DNA from: a virus
DNA length: 64,000 bases
Reading direction: 5' to 3' (one strand)
Virus record (IMG/VR): IMGVR_UViG_3300009128_000002
A model generated the notes under the pieces. It did not search any database, was not told the origin of the DNA, and saw nothing but the letters and a program-made list of their open reading frames with translations. Shown here in pieces: positions 18,203 to 28,326 of this stretch (the first letter of the stretch is position 1; the number at the start of each line of letters is the position of its first letter). Both the position numbers and the translations under genes were made by a program.

Positions 18203-18814
18203 GTGTCAAAAGAAATTAAAACACCAGTCGATAAGGATAATAAAAATCATTACATTAATAATAAGGATTTCTTAGCGGCTTTAATCGAATATCAAGCAGA
18301 TATTAAAGATAAAGAAGAAAGAGGTTTACCAAAACCTTATGTAACTGATTATATTGCTAGGTGTTTTCTTCAAATTGCTCAACGTCTTTCTTTTAGACCT
18401 AATTTTATTAACTACACTTATAAAGATGATATGATTAGTGATGGGTTAGAAAATTGTTTAGCATATATGCATAATTTCAATCCAGAAAAATCTGATAATC
18501 CTTTTGCATATTTTACACAAATTATTTACTATGCATTCCTTAGAAGAATTCAAAAAGAGAAAAAACAACAGTATGTGAAGTACAAGTATTTTGATACTGC
18601 AGGTGGTTTTGAGCAAATGGACGAATTACAAGAACACGACAAAGAATCATTTGACTTTATTAATGATAAAGGGTCTGTAGATTTTCATATTCACATTAAA
18701 GAATTTATTGACGATATGGAAAAGAAAGAAGCAGAGAAAAAAGCAAAAAGGGAAGCGAAGATTAAAGAAAAAGAAATGAAGCAAAATAATTTATCATTCT
18801 TTATGGGTGTGTAA
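18203..18814 (+). CDS. gp55: Late sigma factor gp55
   Basis: HYINNKDF, PNFINYTY and NPFAYFTQIIYYAFLRRIQKEKKQ motifs; GTG start. Confidence 0.96.
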   Translation: MSKEIKTPVDKDNKNHYINNKDFLAALIEYQADIKDKEERGLPKPYVTDYIARCFLQIAQRLSFRPNFINYTYKDDMISDGLENCLAYMHNFNPEKSDNPFAYFTQIIYYAFLRRIQKEKKQQYVKYKYFDTAGGFEQMDELQEHDKESFDFINDKGSVDFHIHIKEFIDDMEKKEAEKKAKREAKIKEKEMKQNNLSFFMGV

Positions 18815-19861
18815 ATGAAAGTTGCTGTAATCACTGATACGCATTTCGGTGCAAGGTCTGACAGTAAAGCATTTTCTGACTATTTTTATAAGTTTTGGAC
18901 TAATACTTTCTTTCCATACTTAATTGAGAATGACATCAAAACAATCATTCATTGTGGTGATTTGATGGACAGACGTAAGTACGTAAATTTTGACACTCTT
19001 AACCGTATGCGTAAAGAGTTTATTAAACCAATGATTGACAATGGTATCACTATGCATACTATTGTTGGTAACCACGACACATATTATAAAAATACTGTTG
19101 AAGTTAATTCTGTAGAGCAGTTATTTGATATTGGTGATGATAAATTAAATCCTATTGTTGCATATTCAGAACCAAAAACATTAGAATTACCAGATGGTTT
19201 TAAGGTTGATATGATACCTTGGATTAATAATGATAATGAAGAAAAAGTTCTTGAATTTGTTAAAAATACTAATTCAACAATTGCTTGGGGACATTTTGAT
19301 TTAAGTGGTTTTGAAATGCACAAAGGTGTAAATTCAATGTATCACTCACGTTCCCCTAAATTCCTTAAAGGATATGATACAGTTTATTCTGGTCATTTTC
19401 ACACAAAATCTGATGACGGTCATGTATTTTATCTAGGTAACACATACGAAATTAATTGGAGTGATTATAACGACAATCGTGGTTTTCATATTTTTGATAC
19501 TGAAACGTTAGAATGTGACCAAATTGTAAATCCTTATAAATTACACGTCAAAGTTAATTATGATGAAGAAAAGAAAGACGAGCAATTAAATGATGATTAT
19601 GAAGGACAAATTGTAAAATTAATTGTAACAAGTAAAGGGGATTTTGCACATTTTAATTTATTAGTTGAAAAGATTGAACGTGAATCTGAAACATTAACAA
19701 TAGTTGAAGACCACGGTTTATTATCAACAGAACAAGTTGAGTTTGATACTGAAGATACTATTACTACATTGAACAAATATGTTGAGGGTATGAATATTGA
19801 TAATGAAGAACAAGTTAAGAAAATATTAAATGAAATATATGTAGAGGCAATTGCACTATGA
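18815..19861 (+). CDS. gp47: Recombination endonuclease gp47 (Mre11-like)
   Basis: DTHFG, GDxxD, GNHD and SGHFH motifs. Confidence 0.95.
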   Translation: MKVAVITDTHFGARSDSKAFSDYFYKFWTNTFFPYLIENDIKTIIHCGDLMDRRKYVNFDTLNRMRKEFIKPMIDNGITMHTIVGNHDTYYKNTVEVNSVEQLFDIGDDKLNPIVAYSEPKTLELPDGFKVDMIPWINNDNEEKVLEFVKNTNSTIAWGHFDLSGFEMHKGVNSMYHSRSPKFLKGYDTVYSGHFHTKSDDGHVFYLGNTYEINWSDYNDNRGFHIFDTETLECDQIVNPYKLHVKVNYDEEKKDEQLNDDYEGQIVKLIVTSKGDFAHFNLLVEKIERESETLTIVEDHGLLSTEQVEFDTEDTITTLNKYVEGMNIDNEEQVKKILNEIYVEAIAL

Positions 19862-21531
19862 TACATTTTACTAATGTTAAGTGGAAGAATTTTCTTTCAA
19901 CAGGTAATAAGTTTTCTGAAATAATTTTAGATGATACTAAAACTACATTAATGATTGGTACTAATGGTGCAGGTAAATCTACTATGATGGATGCAATTAG
20001 TTTTGGTTTGTTTGGTAAACCATTTAGAAAAATTAAACTAGGTCAGTTGGTTAATTCTATTAATAGAAAAAACTGTATGGTTGAGTTGGACTTTAAGACA
20101 GGTGGTAAAGAATATAAAATTAAACGTGGTCTAAAACCTGCAAAGTTCGAAATATACGTAGATGGTGTTATGCAAGACCAAGATGCGGCCGCTAAAGACA
20201 GTCAAGAATTCCTTGAAAGATATGTATTAAAGATGAATGAAAAATCATTCAGACAAATTGTTGTATTGGGTAGTGGTTCATTTGTTCCTTTTATGAGATT
20301 AAAGGCTGGTGAAAGACGTTCTATTATTGAAGAATTGTTAGATATTCAAATCTTTGGTGTTATGAATGATTTGGTTAAAGAACGTGTTTCAGAAAATAAA
20401 AACGATTTAAAAGACATTACACATAAAATAGAATTATTACACCAACATATTGAGTTGCAAGAGGAACATTTACATAAGTTAAATGAAGATAAGCATATTT
20501 TAATTGATAAGAAAAAGGTGTTTATTGATACGTGTAATGAAGATATTGTTAAATTGGAAAATGAAATAACTGAGTTAAAGGTTGCAACAAGTAATTTTGA
20601 AAAGGTTAAACGTGATAAGAATTCATTTAATAATTTTCAAACCACATTTAATAATAAAATAGAAACAATTAATAAACAACTTAGACTTATTATTACAAAC
20701 TCATCTTGTCCTGCTTGTGGTCAGGAAATTGATAAAAACCATATGGATGAAATGGGTGAAAGTTTAACTACTAAACGTGAGGGTATTGAAAAGGGGTTAG
20801 AAGAAGTTACTGCAAAGTTAACAGAAACCACAAAAACATTAGATCAAATACAGACGGATTTACAAAGTATTGTTAATAAACAAAACCAAATAACAAATCT
20901 TAATGATACTTGTACACGTGTAAATAATGAAATTTCTGAAACATTAAATGAAGTTGTTGAGGTGGTTGATAATAAAGACCTACAGGAAAAGAAAGTTGAA
21001 ATAGATCAACACCACGATACAAAATATGAATTGCAAGAGGAAAAACACGATTTAAATACTGTGCAAGAATTATTGAAGGATAGTGGTATTAAAACTGTTG
21101 TTATTAAAAACTATTTACCACTAATTAATCAATTAATTAATAAGTACCTATCTTCGCTTAATTTTTATATTAACTTTAATCTTGATGAAAATTTCAATGA
21201 AACTATTAAATCACGTGGACGTGATGAATTTGCATATGGTTCATTTTCTGAAGGTGAAAAGTTAAGAATTGACCTTGCATTGTTATTTACTTGGAGGGAA
21301 ATTGCCAAGTTGAAATCTTCAGTATCTACAAACCTTTTAATACTTGATGAAATTTTCGATAGTTCTTTAGATAACACTGGTATTGAAGATTTTCTTGGTA
21401 TCTTAAATGCACTTGGTAGCGAGGTTAATGCATTTGTTATATCACACAAAGGACAACAGATTATAGACAAGTTTGGTAGGGTGATAAAAATAACAAAAGA
21501 CAAGAATTTTAGTAAAATTTCTGATAATTAA
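19858..21531 (+). CDS. gp46: Recombination ATPase gp46 (Rad50-like)
   Basis: NGAGKST, CPACGQ hook, FSEGEK and LDEIFD motifs. Confidence 0.96.
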   Translation: MIHFTNVKWKNFLSTGNKFSEIILDDTKTTLMIGTNGAGKSTMMDAISFGLFGKPFRKIKLGQLVNSINRKNCMVELDFKTGGKEYKIKRGLKPAKFEIYVDGVMQDQDAAAKDSQEFLERYVLKMNEKSFRQIVVLGSGSFVPFMRLKAGERRSIIEELLDIQIFGVMNDLVKERVSENKNDLKDITHKIELLHQHIELQEEHLHKLNEDKHILIDKKKVFIDTCNEDIVKLENEITELKVATSNFEKVKRDKNSFNNFQTTFNNKIETINKQLRLIITNSSCPACGQEIDKNHMDEMGESLTTKREGIEKGLEEVTAKLTETTKTLDQIQTDLQSIVNKQNQITNLNDTCTRVNNEISETLNEVVEVVDNKDLQEKKVEIDQHHDTKYELQEEKHDLNTVQELLKDSGIKTVVIKNYLPLINQLINKYLSSLNFYINFNLDENFNETIKSRGRDEFAYGSFSEGEKLRIDLALLFTWREIAKLKSSVSTNLLILDEIFDSSLDNTGIEDFLGILNALGSEVNAFVISHKGQQIIDKFGRVIKITKDKNFSKISDN

Positions 21532-21598
21532 TTCACACTTTTCATATATTTCTTTAATAATCAATAACTTACATTAGAAATTAAATTCTAAAAAACCC

Positions 21599-21642
21599 TC
21601 GACAAGGGGGCGAATTAGTGTATAATGATCAGTGTTGGTTCG
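21599..21642 (+). promoter_or_regulatory. Early promoter, copy 1 of a 25-bp duplicated -10/leader element
   Basis: TCGACA-N16-TATAAT; GTGTATAATGATCAGTGTTGGTTCG at 21618-21642. Confidence 0.7.
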
Positions 21643-21657
21643 GATTAAAGGAGAAAT

Positions 21658-23901
21658 ATGACAAATAAAGTAAATATTGAAGCGAAAAACACTCTTGCTC
21701 GTCTAATGGCGACAGAGAACATTACGGTTCAACACAAAAAGGTACAAACTGCCTCTTTTGATGTTAAGAACCGTGTCTTGAATCTTCCAATTTGGGAAGA
21801 TATGTCAAACGTATTATATGAAGGGTTGATTGGACACGAAGTTGGTCACGCTCTTTACACACCATTTGAAGAATGGAAAGAATTCGTTAAAGAAAACCCA
21901 AACCTTAAAGATTATGCTAACGTCATTGAGGACGCTCGAATTGAACGTCTTATGAAAGTGAAATATGCAGGTATGAATAAAACATTCTTTGGGATGTATG
22001 ATGAATTAAATATGAAGGATTTCTTTGGACTCCGTGGACGTGATATGGATGAATTTGGTATCCTTGATCGTATTAACCTACGTTTTAAGTTGGGTTCACG
22101 TGCCGAAGTTACTTTTACTGAGGAAGAAGCCCGTATTGTTGATAAAGTTGCTTCTACTAAAACCTTCCAAGATGTGTTGGATTTAACACTTGAACTTGCT
22201 GAATATGCCAAAAATGAGGAACTAAACACTGACTTTGATAATATGGAGTTTTCTGACAGTGATGAAGACTTTGACATTGATGATTTTGAGGAAAGTGATG
22301 GTGGTTCTAATGCTTCTCCACGTCCTTCACCTAAAGATAATAATGAAGATGGTGAAGGTGGTGCCGGTGATGAAGAAGATGAAGACGGTGAAGATGGTGA
22401 AGATGGTAAAAGTGGTTCAGGTAATGACAGTGATGAAGACGGTGAAGATGGTAATGGTGATGGTAGTGGAAAAACTGACCAACCACCTGCTTCAGAAACA
22501 CAAAAAAACTTTGATGACCGTTTGGGTGAAATGAATGATGAAAATGCTTCAAACCCAATCTATGTTGATTTGCCTAACATTGATTTAAAAAACACTGTTA
22601 TTGGTTATAAAAATGTTGGGAGTGTTTTGAATGAGTTTTATGGACGTTCAGTTAATTATGACTATTGGGGTGACAACGGTGAAATCTTTAAAAAGAAAAC
22701 CGACGATCAAATTGTTGCTTGGAAAAAGGATACTTTGCCTGTTGTAAATTATATGGTTAAAGAATTTGAAATGAAACAGGCCGCTACTGCCCATCGTCGC
22801 ACTTCTGTTGGTAAGACTGGTGTTCTTGATACTAACAAAATGCACGCCTACAAATATGAAGAGGATATTTTCAAAAGGGTTGCTACTGTAAAAGATGGTA
22901 GAAACCACGCTTTGGTTATGTACGTTGATTGGTCGGGTTCAATGGCAGACAAAATATTAGGTACTGTAAAACAAACAATTACCTTGGCGATGTTTGCACG
23001 AAAAGTTGGTATTCCGTTCCGTGTTTATGCTTTCACTAACTCTAGTGGTATTGGTGATTATAAGCCAAATAAAACACGTTTTTACCAAACTGAAGACAAC
23101 GGTAATTTTGCTTTTGATCACCTAGAGTTGGGACGTATGACTTTGGTTGAGTTTTTCAATGAAAAGATGAATGCACGTGAGTTTAATGATGGAATTATTA
23201 ACTTCTATAAACTTGGTCTTTCTGTTAGTTATTCAAGATATGATTCAATTCAAACACCTATTGGTTTTGGACTTGCTTCGACACCATTAAACGAGTGTAT
23301 TATTGCTTCATATGAACAAGTTGAAAATTTCAAACGTGAATGTGGAAAAGAAAAGGTTAATGTTATTTTCCTAACTGATGGTGATTCTGATGGAAATGAT
23401 AGATACTACAGTGTTGATGAAACGTGTACTAAATATCCAACTAGATGGGGTGAAGGAAGATCACACCTTGCAATCCGTGACCCAAAAACAAAGAAAATTG
23501 TTTCTGCTGTTACTGATGAATATAATAGGAATGGTATGACACAATCGTTACTAACTGCATTGGGTGAACGTTGTAAGGTTAATGTGATTGGTTTCTTTTT
23601 GACTGATAAACGTACTATTAAATATGCAATTGAGCGTAATTTTAAATGGGAAGAGGGTGCCGTTGTTAAGAAAAAACTAACCAAAAATGGTTATGTTTCT
23701 ATGGCTTCTGAAGGTTATGATAAATACTTTATGGTTAATGATAGAGTTATGGATAAAGAAGTTGAAATGCCTGATGAAGTTGCTCGTAAAGATGATGGTT
23801 CTGTTAATAAAGGAAAATTGAGAACTGCATTTAAAAAGTTTTCAAAAGGACGTAAGGTTAACAAGATGTTGTTGAATGAATTTGTTCAAATGGTTGCCTA
23901 A
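21658..23901 (+). CDS. Zincin (HExxH) + acidic linker + vWA domain protein (CobT-like partner of the MoxR ATPase)
   Basis: HEVGH, NVIEDARIE, D/E/G-rich linker, VDWSGSM MIDAS, TPLNE and FLTDG motifs. Confidence 0.85.
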   Translation: MTNKVNIEAKNTLARLMATENITVQHKKVQTASFDVKNRVLNLPIWEDMSNVLYEGLIGHEVGHALYTPFEEWKEFVKENPNLKDYANVIEDARIERLMKVKYAGMNKTFFGMYDELNMKDFFGLRGRDMDEFGILDRINLRFKLGSRAEVTFTEEEARIVDKVASTKTFQDVLDLTLELAEYAKNEELNTDFDNMEFSDSDEDFDIDDFEESDGGSNASPRPSPKDNNEDGEGGAGDEEDEDGEDGEDGKSGSGNDSDEDGEDGNGDGSGKTDQPPASETQKNFDDRLGEMNDENASNPIYVDLPNIDLKNTVIGYKNVGSVLNEFYGRSVNYDYWGDNGEIFKKKTDDQIVAWKKDTLPVVNYMVKEFEMKQAATAHRRTSVGKTGVLDTNKMHAYKYEEDIFKRVATVKDGRNHALVMYVDWSGSMADKILGTVKQTITLAMFARKVGIPFRVYAFTNSSGIGDYKPNKTRFYQTEDNGNFAFDHLELGRMTLVEFFNEKMNAREFNDGIINFYKLGLSVSYSRYDSIQTPIGFGLASTPLNECIIASYEQVENFKRECGKEKVNVIFLTDGDSDGNDRYYSVDETCTKYPTRWGEGRSHLAIRDPKTKKIVSAVTDEYNRNGMTQSLLTALGERCKVNVIGFFLTDKRTIKYAIERNFKWEEGAVVKKKLTKNGYVSMASEGYDKYFMVNDRVMDKEVEMPDEVARKDDGSVNKGKLRTAFKKFSKGRKVNKMLLNEFVQMVA

Positions 23902-23941
23902 TAACCATTTGAATAATGTGGAAATAAATGTGAAAAAATGC

Positions 23942-23985
23942 TGGACATGATACTAAATTCGTGTATAATGATCAGTGTTGGTTCG
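23942..23985 (+). promoter_or_regulatory. Early promoter, copy 2 of the 25-bp element
   Basis: TGGACA-N16-TATAAT; identical 25-mer at 23961-23985. Confidence 0.7.
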
Positions 23986-24022
23986 AGGAAGTTCCAACTA
24001 ATTAAATAAAAAAGGAGTAAAT

Positions 24023-25213
24023 ATGAGTAAAATTGTTAATATTAATGACTTTGGTGCCGCTGCTGAAGAGTTGTTCGGTACTACTGAGATTACGAAAGGA
24101 CAAGCCAAGGTTATTAAATCGACCTATGATGTTTGTGTTCCACAAGTAGTTTTTGATGGTTCAACTAACCGTGTTGCCCGTGGTGTTTATAAAATTCCAA
24201 CCACTGGTGCTGGTATTGCCCCACCTAAAGTTGTTCAAGAGGTTGCAAAGACTGTTGTTAATGAAACCGTTGCTGAGAAAAAAGTTGGTACGACTGGTGC
24301 GATGGAACTTGATGCGTCAATTAGTTTTATCCCTAAAGTTGATAAGACATATGTTTCTTGGGGTAATGCGAATGACATTAAGAAAATTATTAAATCTAAA
24401 TTGTTTTTTCCTGTTTACCTGACTGGTATGTCTGGAAACGGTAAAACGTTTGGAATTGAACAAACTTGTGCGTCACTTGGACGTGAAATGATTCGAGTGA
24501 ACTTTACTGCTGAAACGGATGAAGATGATTTGTTTGGTGGTTTCCGACTTGTGAATGGTGAAACTGTGTTCCAATACGGGCCAGTTGTTGAAGCAATGAA
24601 ACGTGGTGCTGTTCTTTTGCTTGACGAAATTGACCTTGCGTCTTCTAAAGTTATGGCACTTCAATCAGTCCTTGAAGGAAAGGGTTATTTTATTAAGAAA
24701 CGTGGTGAGTGGGTTGAGCCCGCTGATGGTTTCACGGTGATTGCTACTGCGAATACTAAAGGTAAAGGTTCTGATGATGGACGTTTTGTTGGTACTAACG
24801 TTCTGAATGAAGCATTCCTTGACCGTTTTTCAATTACTTTATACCAGGCATACCCTTCCGAAGCAATTGAGAAAAAGATTCTTACCAAAGCCGCTGAAGG
24901 ATTTGGGTTGCGTTCTGCCGAAGTTGATGCGTTTATTCCGAACCTTACAATGTGGGGCGACATTATTCGTAAGACTTTTGAAGACGGTGGTGTTGATGAA
25001 ATTATTTCAACTCGCCGACTGGTTGATATTCTAAAGTCTTATTCAATCTTCGGAAATAAAGAAAAAGCAATTAAGATGTCTATTGAACGTTTTGATGACG
25101 AAACTAAAGAATCATTCCTTTCTCTTTATGAAAAGATTGATGCTGGTGTTGGTACGAGTGAGTATGGTACTGAAACTACGTTTGAGGATGTTGAAGATTA
25201 CAAAACTGCTTAA
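24023..25213 (+). CDS. MoxR/CobS-like AAA+ ATPase
   Basis: GMSGNGKT, LLLDEID, ATANTKGKG, NEAFLDRF and ISTRRL motifs. Confidence 0.9.
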   Translation: MSKIVNINDFGAAAEELFGTTEITKGQAKVIKSTYDVCVPQVVFDGSTNRVARGVYKIPTTGAGIAPPKVVQEVAKTVVNETVAEKKVGTTGAMELDASISFIPKVDKTYVSWGNANDIKKIIKSKLFFPVYLTGMSGNGKTFGIEQTCASLGREMIRVNFTAETDEDDLFGGFRLVNGETVFQYGPVVEAMKRGAVLLLDEIDLASSKVMALQSVLEGKGYFIKKRGEWVEPADGFTVIATANTKGKGSDDGRFVGTNVLNEAFLDRFSITLYQAYPSEAIEKKILTKAAEGFGLRSAEVDAFIPNLTMWGDIIRKTFEDGGVDEIISTRRLVDILKSYSIFGNKEKAIKMSIERFDDETKESFLSLYEKIDAGVGTSEYGTETTFEDVEDYKTA

Positions 25214-25231
25214 ATAATAAACACTAAATAA

Positions 25232-25258
25232 AACACCTCGATAATTCGGGGTGTTGTT
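25232..25258 (+). terminator. Stem-loop after the AAA+ gene (probable terminator, weak U-tract)
   Basis: AACACCTCGA-taat-TCGGGGTGTT. Confidence 0.5.
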
Positions 25259-25282
25259 ACAATTAAAATATAGGAGAAAAAT

Positions 25283-25645
25283 ATGAGTTGTGATATGGAA
25301 TATGATGAGTTGCACGATGCATACCATCAATTATTGGAAAGAGAATCATTTAATTTTAAATATGGTGAAGGTAGGGTGCTAGACGACGTAGACGATTACA
25401 TCAGAGGGACATATACATCACACTATACAAACGAAGACAACGACGTTCAGACGTTGGATGTGTTTGAATCGAGGGGAACACTAGGTACTACCTCTGTTGA
25501 TAATGCAATTAAATACCTAATGAGGTATGGGAAAAAGAAGGGTAAAAATAAAATGGATTTGATTAAATCCATTCATTACCTTATTCTTGCTACTGCATTT
25601 GATGAGAAAAATGGTGAGTTTGATTCGGATACAATTTTTGAGTAA
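25283..25645 (+). CDS. DUF3310-like protein
   Basis: SHY...NAIKYLMRYGKK.G...DLIKSIHY pattern. Confidence 0.7.
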   Translation: MSCDMEYDELHDAYHQLLERESFNFKYGEGRVLDDVDDYIRGTYTSHYTNEDNDVQTLDVFESRGTLGTTSVDNAIKYLMRYGKKKGKNKMDLIKSIHYLILATAFDEKNGEFDSDTIFE

Positions 25646-25647
25646 AC

Positions 25648-25676
25648 TTGCAATTGGGTATTTTGTGTGTTATAAT
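25648..25676 (+). promoter_or_regulatory. Sigma70-type promoter for gp45
   Basis: TTGCAA-N17-TATAAT with TG. Confidence 0.65.
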
Positions 25677-25707
25677 ATACCTAACAATTATTATAAAGGA
25701 AATATAA

Positions 25708-26367
25708 ATGAAATTAAGTGAAAATACAATTGGGGTTCTAAAGAACTTCGCTACCATTAACCAATCAATTCTAATTAAGGATGGTTCTACTATTGATACA
25801 ATGAGCGTTCAAAAGAACGTCCTTGCACAAAGTAAAGTTGAGGAAGACTTTCCTAATGAATTTGGTATTTATGATTTAAACGAATTCCTTGCTACATTAT
25901 CATTGTTTGAAGCACCCGAATTGGAATTTGGTGATAATTCGGTTACAATTACCGATGGTAAATCTACAACCTCTTATTGGTATGCAGATAAATCAATTAT
26001 TGTATATCCAGAAAAGGAAATTACAATGCCTGCTACTGAAATTAAATTCACACTGACTGAAAGTAATTTGTCCAAACTACAACGTGCAACTGGTACTTTA
26101 GGTTTGAGTGATTTGTGTATTAAGAATGTTGATGATAAGATTGTTGCAGAAGTACAGGATAAACGTAATAGTACATCTAATACATATTCAATTGAAGTTG
26201 GTGATTATGATGGTGCTGAAAATTTCAACTTTTATTTCCTAACAGAACGTATGAAGATGTTACCGAATGATTATGAGGTTGAAATTTCATCTAAGAACAT
26301 TTCTAAGTTTACTTGTGGTGATTTAGTTTATTGGGTTGCATTGGAGAGTGATTCTACATATGGATAA
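25708..26367 (+). CDS. gp45: Sliding clamp gp45
   Basis: MKLSxxTxxVLKNFATINQS, FGIYDLNEFL and YWVALE motifs. Confidence 0.95.
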   Translation: MKLSENTIGVLKNFATINQSILIKDGSTIDTMSVQKNVLAQSKVEEDFPNEFGIYDLNEFLATLSLFEAPELEFGDNSVTITDGKSTTSYWYADKSIIVYPEKEITMPATEIKFTLTESNLSKLQRATGTLGLSDLCIKNVDDKIVAEVQDKRNSTSNTYSIEVGDYDGAENFNFYFLTERMKMLPNDYEVEISSKNISKFTCGDLVYWVALESDSTYG

Positions 26368-27307
26368 ACAAGATGAATTCTTATGGGTGGAGAAATATCG
26401 CCCACAAAAAATTGATGATTGTATATTACCAGATGATATAAAATCAACGTTCAAGGAATTTGTTGAAAATGGTGACATGCCTAATTTGTTATTATCTGGT
26501 ACTGCAGGAACAGGTAAAACTACTGTTGCTAAGGCACTATGTAACGAATTAGGATATACGTCACTTGTTGTTAATGGTTCACTTGATCGTAACCTCGATA
26601 CATTAAGAAACGAGATTGCATCATTTGCCAGTACGGTATCGTTTGATGGTGGTAAAAAGTGCATCATACTTGATGAAGCAGACTATCTAAATCCAAACTC
26701 ATTCCAACCTGCTCTACGTGGGTTTATTGAGCAATTTAGTAAAAACGTCCGTTTCATTTTAACGTGTAACTTCAAAGATAAAATCATTGAACCAATTCAT
26801 TCTAGAACTACATTCATTGATTTCCGTAGCACTAAAAAAGAAATGCCTGAAATGATGGGTAGTTTAATGAAACGAATTCTTTCTATTTTAGAAGAAGAAA
26901 ATGTTGAAGTTTCTAGTCCTAAAGTGGTTGCCGAGGTAATTAAAAAACATTACCCAGATATACGTAGAATTTTAAATGAACTTCAACGTTATTCTGCAGG
27001 TGGTATTATTGATGAAGGTATTCTTGCTAACGTTGGTGAAACTAATGTAAAACGGTTGATGAAGAACCTTAAAGAAAAGGATTTTGGATCAATGCGACAG
27101 TGGGTAGTGGAAAATATCGATACAGACCCTGTCCGTATTTTTAGAACCATTTATGATAATATGTATGATTATTTAGAACCATCATCAATACCTCAAGTTG
27201 TATTGTTAATTGGTGAGTATCAATATAAACAGGCGTTTGTCGCAGATAGGGAAATTAATTTAGTTGCCTTTTTAACAGAAGTAATGGTAGAAGCGGAGTG
27301 GAAATAA
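26360..27307 (+). CDS. gp44: Clamp loader large subunit gp44
   Basis: LWVEKYRP, GTGKTT, ILDEADYL and PIHSR motifs; ATG 26360 preferred over 26336. Confidence 0.95.
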   Translation: MDKQDEFLWVEKYRPQKIDDCILPDDIKSTFKEFVENGDMPNLLLSGTAGTGKTTVAKALCNELGYTSLVVNGSLDRNLDTLRNEIASFASTVSFDGGKKCIILDEADYLNPNSFQPALRGFIEQFSKNVRFILTCNFKDKIIEPIHSRTTFIDFRSTKKEMPEMMGSLMKRILSILEEENVEVSSPKVVAEVIKKHYPDIRRILNELQRYSAGGIIDEGILANVGETNVKRLMKNLKEKDFGSMRQWVVENIDTDPVRIFRTIYDNMYDYLEPSSIPQVVLLIGEYQYKQAFVADREINLVAFLTEVMVEAEWK

Positions 27308-27603
27308 TGAGCAATAAAAATATGCATATTGATAAATGGTTTAATGATAGGGGTATTACTGAAAATGGTAAACCTATGACACAAGCAATTAAAACATTGG
27401 AAGAACTTACAGAACTATTTGATGCTTTGAATAAAGATAATAAACACGAAGTGATGGATGCAATTGGTGATATTTACGTAACATTAAGGGGTGTTTGTTT
27501 AACTTATGGTGTTCGTATGGATGATTGCATTGACCAAGCATATAATGAAATCAAAGATCGTAAGGGGTATTTAACACCAGAAGGTATGTTTGTTAAGGAG
27601 TAA
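27307..27603 (+). CDS. MazG-like NTP pyrophosphohydrolase
   Basis: KTLEELTEL, DAIGD and AYNEIKDRKG motifs. Confidence 0.85.
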   Translation: MSNKNMHIDKWFNDRGITENGKPMTQAIKTLEELTELFDALNKDNKHEVMDAIGDIYVTLRGVCLTYGVRMDDCIDQAYNEIKDRKGYLTPEGMFVKE

Positions 27604-27605
27604 AT

Positions 27606-27923
27606 ATGAAAACTAAACTAAAAGTCGTAACAGAAAAGGCGGCACTTAATATTGTGAAAGAAAAGGATGATGTTGTTATTGTTCATTCTAAAGATGGTTG
27701 TCCAGTTTGTGAATATTTCATTCCAGAAGTATTAGAACCACTTTTTGAGGATTATCCTAATGTAACTGTAAGAATGGTAAAAGAGCAATTGACATTCCCT
27801 GCACCATCACATCCAGTCACTTATTTCTTTAAGAATGGTAAATGTATTATGCACCCTAGTGGTTCTGCACCCGATAATGCAGTTCGTGAAATGATGGATA
27901 AGTTATATGGCAAATCTGTTTAA
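27606..27923 (+). CDS. Thioredoxin-like protein
   Basis: CPVC active site; P-x-x-x-F-F-K-N-G. Confidence 0.75.
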   Translation: MKTKLKVVTEKAALNIVKEKDDVVIVHSKDGCPVCEYFIPEVLEPLFEDYPNVTVRMVKEQLTFPAPSHPVTYFFKNGKCIMHPSGSAPDNAVREMMDKLYGKSV

Positions 27924-28326
27924 AGATATAATACCTGATTTAAATTATGGTCATAAAAACCTAATTAGAACAGGGGATATGGATGAAAAAGATTATACTA
28001 AGAATACGTTTTTAATAAACCGTTCTTTAAGTATGTCGCCTGATACTATTTTATATACAAATGAAATGAATCATTACTATGACCTTGATAGTGTGCTTCA
28101 ATATGATTATCTTATAAATACTATAAGAAAGAAGAAGAGGTATAATAAGTGGGCAAAAAACACTAAAAAAACCTCTAATCTTGAACTTATACAAGAGTAT
28201 TATAATTATAATGAGCAACGGGCAGTTGAGGTTTTACCATTATTGTCTGAAGATCATTTTGACTTTATAAGAAGCAAAATGAACAAGGGTGGTAATGATG
28301 AATTATCAAGAGGAAAACACAAGTGA
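27907..28326 (+). CDS. gp62: Clamp loader small subunit gp62
   Basis: FLINRSLS, LQYDYLIN.IRKKKR..KW and YYNYN motifs. Confidence 0.9.
   Translation: MANLFKDIIPDLNYGHKNLIRTGDMDEKDYTKNTFLINRSLSMSPDTILYTNEMNHYYDLDSVLQYDYLINTIRKKKRYNKWAKNTKKTSNLELIQEYYNYNEQRAVEVLPLLSEDHFDFIRSKMNKGGNDELSRGKHK

Noticed and set aside
22250-22470. GAAGATGGT-like tandem repeats
   Set aside because: These encode the low-complexity D/E/G linker of the vWA protein and are not an independent repeat element
24023-25213. Cobalamin-biosynthesis gene cobS as an auxiliary metabolic gene
   Set aside because: The motifs only establish a MoxR AAA+ ATPase; no cobN or other cob genes are present in the window
28113-28120. TATAAATA inside gp62
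   Set aside because: It lies within coding sequence in an AT-rich genome; it could be a late regA promoter but cannot be distinguished from chance
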